Shown here one piece after another: positions 52,575 through 62,737 of a stretch of DNA of 64,000 bases; position 1 is the first letter of the stretch; the number at the start of each line of letters is the position of its first letter. Source of the DNA: Takakia lepidozioides. Taxonomy: Eukaryota; Plantae; Bryophyta. Location: the NCBI GenBank assembly GCA_030704615.1, contig CM060732.1:56606001-56670000 (forward strand). Reading direction: 5' to 3'. The position numbers and the translations under genes are program-made. The notes beneath the pieces are model-generated. The model was not told the DNA's origin, ran no database searches, and saw only the letters and a list, made by a program, of their open reading frames with translations.

Positions 52575-55114
52575 ATGCCGAAGGGGAGGAAGCAGATGCG
52601 TCTACAGGAGGAGATTGCCATCTCCGAGCAGCAGGCCACTCAGGCAACCCAGCCACCAGTGAGAGCTCCATGCGATCGGGCTGCGCGCAGCTGATCGAGC
52701 ACCGAACCCCCCATTTTGCTTCTGTAATTCTTAGACTGAATGCTAGGAGACTTGAATGCAGAACATGTTTGCATGCCTAACAGGAAAGGTGGACGTGCTG
52801 GAGGGATCGCAAGAATCCGAAGAGCGTCCGAGGAGCTAGTTGCAGCACGTACACCCACCCGATCCCCGAGCGCGGGTATTCCTGCCGGGCCTAGCCCTGT
52901 GCGATTCAAAGACGCGGCTTCGAAGGGCAAGTTCAAAGCCCCAGAGATCGACTCGCGTTCTTCGGTCATGGAGAATCGTCAGCAGGGGTCGGGCCCTTCT
53001 CCAGCAAAGTCGAAGAAGAAGCAGCCCGTCCCTCTACTGGCTTCTGAACCGGCTCAGGCCGATTCACCCCCCCCAACGCGAATGAAGCAGCAGGGTAAAA
53101 GACAGATTCAATTGCAGCAGACACCTTCACCTGCAAGGATGAGGAAGCAGAAGGCAATCAGGGCGACGGCCGAACAATCTCCCGCAAAACCGCTTCCACG
53201 AGCTGAAGCTCAGTTCCTGGAGGATTTCCCGCCTGCAGATGTTGGGGCCGACTCTGCTGCAGCGAAGGCAATGGGATCGACCGTTGATCTTGATTTGGTA
53301 CCGGAGGAGGGTGCTGCAGCTCAACGTTCGCAGCAAGACCTCACCACCGATGAGCAAGCAGGCCCGGAGGAGGCCTCTGCAATGGCAGAATTGCCCGCAG
53401 ACAGGCCCCAGAGTGCAGCTCCAGTTGAGGATGCTCCAGCTGCTCAGCCACTACCGGCACCTACAGACATGTCTCTGGAGGATTTCAAAAGTGCAGCGGA
53501 TAAAATGTTGGAGGAGACACACAGTAGCATTGGCAGAGTTCTGGGCAGCAGGGTATTCCAGCGGACTCTTTGAATCCCACTCTGTCGCATGGTCTCCCTT
53601 CCCATCGTAAGGCAGGCCCTTCCCGGAGATGTGGATAAGCTGAAGTTCGCATTTCGAGAAGGGTACCGTCTGGGATCGGCAGCGTTTTACGTTTCCATTG
53701 AGAATGAGGACGGCGAAACTCGTGGACCCACTGCCGATGAATTGTCAACGTGGGATACCCACTGGCACACTCGCAATGACGAATTCGAGGCGACGCTGAA
53801 GGGTGATCCAGACTTCGGCCATATGTCTGGTAAAATGTTCTTTGTGTGGGACGGGAATCACCGACTTCTCGCCTGGTGGGAGTACATCAAGCAGAACCAT
53901 GCCAAGCACATTGGCTGGCATTACATGGTGGAGTGTGTCATCCTGAAGGTGAAGGCGGCAGACTCCTCCCTGCTCAAGAATGCCATGGCGGACCTCAACT
54001 CGTAAGATACTCATACCCTCCCTAGCACGTTCGAAATGCGGTGCCGCATTTCGGTTTCCATTCTGGTTTGTTTCCGTGCTTCCGTGTACTGAACTGGAGA
54101 GTGTGCCTTGCAGGGTCACTGAGAATGCGTACGTGCATACCCACATGGCACATATGCTGTACAGGGTGAGGAAAACTGGTCTCACTGATCCGCAGATGTT
54201 TGCGGAAATGCTGGAGCCCGAGCTCATTCAGAAAGCCGTTGCAAAAACAGACCGGACATGGTATCGTCTCACTATGGATGGAATGGTGGAGGTGATATAC
54301 GAATCTGAAGCGCCATGTGGTAATGTGTGGATGGCATTGTAACAGGTGCCTCAATGTGGGCTGGGCGGTTTTCCGACCGGCACCTCTTTGCCTACGAGGA
54401 GAATTCATCCGTGTGGGGATCCCATCTGGAAGGGCTGCAACGGAATGTTAAGGCTCCCGTTGAGCGAAAGTTTCCTCGGATTCGTCGGAGTCCGAGGAAG
54501 ACACAGTGGACATTGATGCGGAGGAGAACCCGGAATACGAGTGAGTGCAAACATTGTAAGTTTGCATAGCCTTCTGGGTCATTTTTGTCAAACAAATTTC
54601 CGGACTGTGGTTCTCATTAGTCTCGTTGATGATTGTCATGTGCAGGATTGCAGGGTCCGGGTCGAAACATGTAGGGCCTACACTTCCTGCCAGGAAGAAT
54701 GTCCCGTTCTTTGCGAGGGCCGACTTCATGACGAGCCCGGTGAGGGACTACTCCCTTCCTAGTTATGCAGCTAAACTCGCAAATACAGCGATTAGAAGAA
54801 GTGAGAATCCCAGTAAAGTAGAGCAGATTTTGGAGAGGGCTAGGGAGGACAGAAGGATAAGGAAAGAGTTGGCAGCAGCTCAGACAGGTAGACGGGTACG
54901 AAAGTACATATGTGATTCAGCGGATGAGAGCGACGCAGACAGGGAGGAAGACGACCCAACGGAGGTGAGATGGACAGTTCCGCAAGGGAAAGATGGGATT
55001 TTCGAAAGCCTGGCCAACGAGCAGTCCGCTGGAGATGAGAAAGGCACTGAGGGGGTGGAGGCGGAGCAGGACAGTCTAGAACAGGATGAGGATTCGGATG
55101 ATTTTCAAGATTAA
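52575..55114 (+). pseudogene. MULE accessory gene: disordered N-terminus, ParB/Srx-like domain (FFVWDGNHR), acidic C-terminus; in-frame TGA at 53571-53573
   Basis: ORFs 52740-53573 and 53589-54005 are in frame across one TGA. Intron 54002-54113 is phase-compatible. The 5' and 3' exon structure is uncertain, and the ParB-like call rests on the motif only. Confidence 0.65.
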
Positions 55115-55249
55115 TAGAATTTTAATGAAGTCTCTGTAAATGTAAATTCTCTTCCAGAGTATATAAAGGAAATTCTGCCCGACATTCGTGACCCTTCTCC
55201 AGTGTGCATTCCAGCCACACAATCGCCCAAACCACGACGCTCCAAAATC

Positions 55250-55972
55250 AGAAATGGGGCACCACATTTCCAAAATTTTGGCAACTCTAAGAACCTCTTT
55301 TGGAAATGCGGCACCGCATTTCCAAAACAGGGGAGGGACTAAATTTTCCATTTCAATGTTGGCATAGTAAAAAGTAATCGGCCGATTGGAAATGCGGTGC
55401 CGCATTTCCAAAATTTCCTTTGTCCACACGCCAGTTTTGGCCTCTCCCGCTCATTGCATGGATGCCACCACGCTTACAGAGGTCGAACAAGGAGGTCGAG
55501 ATGGCGGAATTGGAAATGCGGTGCCGCATTTCCATATTGGGGATGGTCGTTGTTCGAACTGCAGGCCCATCAGCAAAAATTGGCACCGCATTCCATTGTA
55601 AAAAAAAAGTCGATGACGGACATGGAAATGCGGCGCCGCATTTCCAGAACGGACATCGCAATTTGTCCATTTGCAGACCCTCTCACGGAAATGCGGTAAC
55701 GCATTCCATCGCGCTGGTCGGAAATGTCACACTTTTCGAAGTGTTGGACGGAAATGCGGCACCGCATTCCCTTGTCCAAAAAGAAGTTTCCATTGCCAAG
55801 CTGGAAATGCGTCGCCGCATTTGCAATGCCAACCTCGTTGTCTGTCCAATTTATAGACCCGTGTTGGTATTTCGTGTACCTGGACGGAAATGATGCACCG
55901 CATTTCCTTGTCCCACATGGAAATGCGGTGCCGCATTTCGATGCCGACATGGAAATGCGCCACCGCATTTCA
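55250..55972. repeat. Second cluster of ~12 copies of the same 22-bp palindrome with unique spacers
   Basis: Copies start at 55250, 55302, 55388, 55512, ~55573, 55624, 55687, 55750, 55803, 55886, 55919 and 55951. Confidence 0.95.
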
Positions 55973-56228
55973 ATGTCCGACATGGCGTTACTCTGGTATA
56001 TTCTTGACACATGACTCACATACCGGTTACTCTGCTATATTCATCCGGACAGACACATTGTAGAAATGAGACATCAAATTGTAAACAGTGGGCCAATTCC
56101 GAGAGTTATTCAACAGAATGAAACACAATCATACAGAAGTGAGGTACGATGGGTTTATTGATCGGACACGATGTCTCACATTTACCAACTGCAGACAAAA
56201 CTAAGCCCTTCCTCCTTCTACATGGGGT

Positions 56229-56807
56229 TCACCAAGTCGACGGAACTTCGATACCCCTCAAAACAAGCTCATCACTGCTGCGGCACCTCGAGGTAAACTG
56301 CAATTCAGTCGTTCTGCTGCCCTTGCTGGAGCCGACGACAATGTCATGTCCATCAATGATACCACCATCATACATTGACAAGGTCACTGTGGGCCTCATG
56401 TGCCCGTGCGATTCGTCTTCGCAACTCAACCGAATGTCTCCATACACTGGAAGAGCGGAGTGATCTGCACGTATATAGTTTTCCCCGGTGCCGTCCTCCC
56501 TGGTCTACTGACAGCAGTTCCAGCGCCAAAGCGAGGCCGTGCGTGATCTGTCCGGCATCCCTTTCCAGCTTGGTATATCGAGGTCAACAATTTTCAGGAC
56601 CCACGGACCGCATTGACCCTCGCCCTCACCTTGCTCAAAGCGGTAATAGCCCTCCAGATACTCCATTGCGCGCAAAGACTCTTGCTTGATTCCAGCAGCG
56701 TCTGTGAAAATAGAGAGCCAGACAATGATGTCTCCTGATTCTGGTTTGAACATAGCATAATCGTGGCCATGATAAGGGCAGTCGGCTGGATTTCGGCGGC
56801 ACGACAT
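56229..56807 (-). pseudogene. Unknown ~192-aa protein, paralogue A (one in-frame TAG at 56505-56507)
   Basis: ORFs 56505-56930 and 56229-56447 share a frame, and the product aligns end to end with 57364-57927. Confidence 0.75.
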
Positions 56808-57363
56808 CCTTGAAAAAGAGTAGCGGAGTACGCTCAATGACAGCAGCTCCCGGATGGAGGAGGAGCAGCGCGGTGGCTGGAAAAAGTTCAAGCTAACGCT
56901 GCAATTCCTCACAAACACTCCAGGGCACATTTAAATTTCCCCCCTACAGGATCCTGGACCGATGAAGATTGGCTGCTTCATGAATGTAGCCGTTTCAGTT
57001 TCCTACCCTGCCATGCAAACTATGGGCACTCACTGCCAGGTGGGCCGATAGCCACTGGACACGACGAAGTCCATCCCCTCTTCGATGTAAATGCGGCGCC
57101 GAATTTCCATCCGGGGGGATGGACTTCGGTGGCAGATCTCAAACTATAACTTGTTGATGAGAAAGATGTATGGGTTCATCCACCGCCGGCGTGATGAACA
57201 CGTTCCACCTCCGTCGGTGGGTACGTGGGACCCAGAAGCTCCATTATTGGAGGCCGGACTGCTCTTCCGCTTCGCATCATTTCCAAAATCTAAGGGCTTC
57301 GTAGCTGTCCGCAAGGTCATTGTCATCTGCATCCAAGTCGTCCTCAGGTCCTCATTTGCAAGG

Positions 57364-57927
57364 ATGCCGTGCTTCCGGAACCGGGACGACTGCCCATTTG
57401 GAGGCATCGATTATGCAATGTATTCGGCCACATCGGGAGACATTGTTATCTAGTACACAGATTACACAGAAGATACTGGTTCGATTGTGGAAACATTGGT
57501 GGCTTTTGAGTATATCCTAGGCCACTACGCCTTCGAGCGGGGTGACGATCTTGGTCTGAGGAGTCCGTGGCTCCTGCGCATCCTCGATTCCGATTTTCCC
57601 AGCTACGACGGTCACTCATGCAGAAGAAGGTGCACTGCTATGCTGTTGCGGTGGAACTGCTGCCACTGGACGTGGGTGGACTCCATCGGAGAGACCTATT
57701 CTCCTCAAGGAGTGCGCTCCTCTTCTCCATTGTATGGGGACATTCGCATTGGTGTGGACGACGAAAACGTGAAGATTTCCATATTCGATGGTGGTATGAT
57801 TGAAGGGCATGACATTGTGGTGAACATCACTAGGGGCGGTACAACGGCTGCAATCGACTTTACATGGAGGAGCCCCATGACTCATGAGCTAGTTCTGAGA
57901 GCAGTCGAAGTCCCATTGACAACGTGA
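57364..57927 (+). pseudogene. Unknown ~187-aa protein, paralogue B (one in-frame TAG at 57451-57453)
   Basis: Shares DCP..G.DYAM...SGDI, EY..G.Y.FE.G, PW.L.I.D.D.PS, RWNCC, YGDIR, DGG.I.GHDIVV and ELVLR..EVP with paralogue A. Confidence 0.75.
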
Positions 57928-59044
57928 CTTGTATTCAGTAGGCACAGGGGTAAAGATTTGATTGCACAATCAGCACAGTAGACGTGCTTCAAATGCAATT
58001 CATGTGGATCAATAAAAACCTCATTGTGCCCTCTTTTTATTCTATTCTGTGTCCATCGTTCCCAGAATGCGTCATTGCTCATTTCGTTTGGGATGGGAGT
58101 GTGGGTGGATTTTGCAAGTGGCTGGTAGGCTGAAATGGGCCCCCATTGTACAGAGCAGTACCACCCTACCATTCGCGAAACATTGCCTTTCAATATATAA
58201 TTCTAAATAACATTGCCGAACCTCCTTCATCGGGAGGTCATTCTCCCCCTATGACCGTGGCACCCTAAACCCTATTCCCGCGGACACTCATTTCCGGAAA
58301 ATAGTGCTGCTCATGTTTTTTTCCACACTTACGACTCTGCTCATGGCTCATGCCGCTCATGGCTCATGGCTCATGAAATAGCAGCCCCCAGTTGATACCC
58401 GCCCCAGTCATATATACCGGTCCAACACTGGTGATTACCTCACTTCATGTACAGAGCTCGTGGATGAAACAAACACATTCCCGGATGAAACAACGTCTTA
58501 TTGGATGAAGTACAATGATTACAAGGAAGACATCGATTATTGCATCATATTTGCACCTCCAGACGCGTTGAGAAAGGTCAGATTCTGTCCTTTCGTATGT
58601 GGTGGTCAAAACTTTGTAATAGTTTAAAAATGTCATGGTGAAATTTATCTATTGGCTTCTCTTTTAAAATCTCAAGAGAAGACTATGCATCCATACCATC
58701 AAAGAAAGCTAAGCCCCTCATATCCCCAAGTGTCACCTCATATCTCTTCCTGAAAACTGCTTCCTGATGTGCCTTCTCCACGTAACGCCTCCCTCAAGTA
58801 ACATCTATGTTATTGAACAGCATGATATGAAAAAAAAAAATGGATGAATTTTCAGGTCTAGAATGGATGAAATTAGATTTCACTACTCACAGGAAAGATA
58901 TGCGACTAGCCACTGGTCAATATATGCCTCCCTAAAAAAAAAAAAAAAAAAAGATATGTCCCATATTATATGTATTTATCTATTTTTAAAATGTATATAT
59001 GTTTTATCCCGAAGCTTGTATATTAGTACATTAAAGTAAAGTAC

Positions 59045-59207
59045 GACACCTCCCCAAAGAAGCATAAATTATGGCCTCTTTTAATGGCCCCAAATGGATC
59101 TTCCAGCTGGAAGATGGATACCTTTGTAATACCAATTTAGTGAGTAAGCCCACAACCACTTCCAAGGAGGTATGTGCCGAGTATCACTGGGCTATAACTT
59201 GGTTGTC
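59045..59207 (-). mobile_element. tRNA-derived SINE-like repeat, copy 3 (more diverged)
   Basis: Reads gacacctcccc.aagaagcataaattatgg...cccacaaccacttcc...cactgggctataacttggttgtc. Confidence 0.6.
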
Positions 59208-59305
59208 TTACTACACTAAGAGCATAACCCGGAGTCGTTCACTAAACTGCCGCTCTATCACTATTTTAGTGAAGCATGTGGTGAGGCAGGCAAGCTAGAT
59301 TGGAC

Positions 59306-59822
59306 TGCCCCCAACAGATCTACACTTGTTTATTCAAGTTCCACGACATAGTTGTGTTAAAATGGCCCTATCTTCATGCCAATTTCTCCAATTTTTTGGG
59401 AGGGCTATGGCTTGGTGGATCCCCCAACAGATTTGCACTAAGTAGGGTGATGAAGATATACTAGCCTCCAGAGCCATAAATATTTTTCAAGAGGTTTTTG
59501 CTGGCCCCAACAAATCTACACTTGTTGTTCAAGTTCCACAACATAGTTGCTTAGATGGCCCTATCTTTATGCCATTCTTTCCAATTTGGGTGGGGTATGG
59601 CTTGGTGGATTTTTAAAAAGTATGGTGATGAAGATATGCTAGCCTCCAGAACCATAAATATTTTTTAAAGGATTTTGGTCTGGCCCCAGCAGATGTGCTT
59701 TTGGTGATAAAGTTTTCGGATGTTTAGCTACTTAGATGGGCTATCTTCTTGTCAATTATTCCAATTGTGGTGTGCAATGGCTTGATATAATCTAATAACT
59801 AGAGTGATCAAGATATGGTGGC
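59306..59822 (+). repeat. Degenerate ~180-200-bp tandem repeat, about 3 copies
   Basis: gcccc.acagat...tggccctatctt...tggcttg...gtgatgaagatat recurs at ~59306, ~59503 and ~59682. Confidence 0.8.
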
Positions 59823-60567
59823 CAAGGCTGTCACCATCCTGTCCGTCGCGTCGCGTCCTTGATGCTGATGTGACCTACGTCACTTCAGGTACTTTACGAT
59901 AGTATATCGCTATCTACGCGATATACTAGTAAAAAACATTCAAAATAAAAAAAATGTCACTTAGTCAGCCACAATAGTGGTGACAGACAACTAATGGAAA
60001 AAAACAAAATGAAAGTCGCTTGTATTTTTTATTTTTTTAAATGAAGCGACCGCCAATATTGGCGGTCGTTTGTATTTTTTAATTTTAAAAATAAAGCGAC
60101 CTCCAATATTAGCATTTTGTTTTTTTTTTAACCCCTCGCTCAAGCGACCCGTTTCGGGTTGTGTCATTTTTTGTAAGTCCCACAGCTGTTGTTGATGACT
60201 TTCAATGAGGTCGGGCCCTAAATAAAAACTGTAGCGCCAAATGAAGCGACCGCCAATAAGAAGAAGCAACTGCCAAAAGACAATCAGCTATAAAATATGC
60301 TCTTTGTATAATAGTAAATATATCTATTTACTTCATAATTTGTAGTCAAGCTTAAAACCAGAATCCTAGGTAGGTTGAGTATGCATGCAAGCTTCTATTG
60401 TAGAGAGAGATATGACTCCGGCTGAAACATGCGTAACTAAGGGCCACTTTGCATCACGACTATTGCCCCTCTTTCAGGGGTGGGCCCTATATGCTTCTAT
60501 TGTAACACTTCTAACTCATGTACTCAAAGCTGGTTGATCACCTGAGTAATTACATTTTTAATTCATT

Positions 60568-60599
<32 letters not shown>

Positions 60600-61060
60600 A
60601 TCCTTGGGCTTGCTAACTACTCATTATATCAAAATAGCATACCTAAAAATAATGTATTTTTTGGTATAAAATAACTATGCAGATGGTATTCAACTTCCAC
60701 TACAATTACAGTTAGGGCTAATGAAACCCTAAACTGAATTTGCAATGGGGGCATGAATTTATGAAAGATAGATGGGTGCTCGAGAAAAGCTGCTCGCTAA
60801 ATTCTTGTATCGGTTTTCAGAAATATGGTTTGCTATTTATGTTAATGTGCAGCCCTACGATATTACATAGTGTAAGACACCAAACGGGCTTTAAAGAGCC
60901 ATGGATCTTCATTTTCCATTCACAGGGAGTTGTTCTCCGCCAACCTTTCTATTCTGCTTTTTCAATGCGATCTTTTGCTGAGCTGCTCGTTTACAGTGCC
61001 ACAGAGTACGATGTTGTAAGCTTACAAGGTGTTGCTCGATGCACTGTCGATTTGTTTTAC

Positions 61061-62737
61061 AACAAAACTGCGGCGTGAGCCTTGCGTGTGAGCGTACGCT
61101 CACACAATGGTGATGTGGCGTGAGCCTACGCTTACAGGCGCTGACGTGGTGCTGGTGCTGACGTGGCGTGAGCACACCCAAGGTCGTGCCACGTCACCAC
61201 AAAGATGGTAGGCCTATAACCGTGGAGCCTATAACCGTGGGATTTCATCATCTGAAGGTGAGATGGGTTTAGGGTTTAGGGTTTAGGGCGTCCGCAAAGA
61301 TCAACCTTGTGTCAACACATGTCATCAATGGTGTTGTGCATGCATCTGTCATTTGTTGCATTCGTTACTCAAACTCATTTGTCACATTCAAATGAACATT
61401 CTCGGAAATCAACCTGGTGTTAACACGAGGTTGATTTCCTAGAACTGCAAATCGACATTGACAGACATACGACTTCAACATTTTTTTTTTTGTGGAAAAA
61501 TGATGCTTTCATTTCTCAAATCAAGGTTGCGTCAACGCAAGGTTGAATTGCATCCTACGACTTCAACATTATTATTATTATTATTATTATTATTTTGGGG
61601 GGAGGGTGATGCAAATCAACCTTGTGTTGACACAACCTTGGTTTGAAAAATGAAAGCATCTTTTTTCCCAAAAAAAAAAAGAAAAAAACCTTTTCTGAAG
61701 ACTATTTTTTGCATTTTGTATGGTTGTTGGCCCTGTTGTTCTTCGGTGTGTTGGACACAATCAAGGTTGCATTAATGCAACCTTGATTATGCTATGGATT
61801 TCAATCGCCTCTTTTGGGAGATAAATCTTCGTCTTGCTTAGTGTTTCGTGTCTTCTAGTCTTTTGGGAAGTTCGGGGATTAACCCTATGTCAACGTAACA
61901 TTGATTACAAAGGGGTTTAATGGGAGTTAACAAGCACCTGCTGCATCTATGTTTTTCTGAATGTATGATTCAGGTACATCTACCATATCCTTATTCCGGG
62001 GAAGTATCTGAGCGATGACCTTGATTTCATCTACACATGGGCGGATCCATCAAATGACAAGACAATGTAGACACACCATTTCACGAGGTCGTGTTGAGGA
62101 CCTGAATGACAACGCCGCAATGCTTGCACCATGCACTGACAAGGACATTCAGGAGAGACTCATACATGCACTCGATGCAAAAGAGCCGGAGAAGCAGCTA
62201 ACTCCAAATGGAAAGGGAAGAATGCAGACATGTGAAACATGAATGTGCAACAGACACTTGTGATCGCAGTCCACGAGCCCTTGTTACTGTGTCATCAATC
62301 GAGCCATTGCACACTCAATACCTTCCATGTAAAAGACGACATATTCTTGAACAAAAAATTCAAAAATAAAAGGTGGATGAAGATTGGTGTTTCCGGAATG
62401 GATTGCATGTTTTCTTACGCTGCAGAGGATTTGCAAGTTTCCACGTGACTACAAACAACGCATGATTTTTTGGGAGGTTGGCCTTCTACTTCGGAATTTT
62501 CCCATTTGCAGTCCTCTCGTGATTTCTCATCCGTCCTGAATGTGGATGGGGAAATAACCTTTCCGGATGATAAAGGTGGGCAACCGGAGGCGTTGCAATC
62601 GACTTTCCTTCCGTGGAAATAGGTGTCGTCCGTGGAATTAGGTGCTCTACGTTCGAAAGAATGCTGACGTAACATGAGCCTGGCTACGCTCACGTGCTCA
62701 CAGGCTCACACGGCCAGACTCACGCGGAAGCATTCCC
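61061..62737. mobile_element. Degenerate DNA-transposon relic with inverted GTGAGC subterminal repeats and an internal palindrome cluster
   Basis: GTGAGC repeats at 61075-61175 and GCTCAC repeats at 62685-62725. Palindromes of the AAATCAACCT..AGGTTGATTT type lie at 61298-61907. No TSD was found. Confidence 0.45.
61268..61288 (+). repeat. Interstitial plant telomeric repeat (TTTAGGG)3
   Basis: Direct reading. Confidence 0.85.

Larger units (their letters stand above)
45760..58389. mobile_element. Mutator-like element (MULE), 12630 bp, multi-gene
   Basis: The perfect 9-bp TSD agttgatac lies at 45751-45759 and 58390-58398. Termini are G..C. Short imperfect TIRs (ctatttcatgagc core) are followed by inverted ATGAGC subterminal repeats. 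A MULE-type transposase lies inside. Confidence 0.92.
45183..58430. mobile_element. Non-autonomous hAT element (~610 bp on its own) split by the MULE insertion
   Basis: TIRs cagtgttggactggta and taccggtccaacactg. The perfect 8-bp TSD gtgattac lies at 45175-45182 and 58431-58438. Confidence 0.9.
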
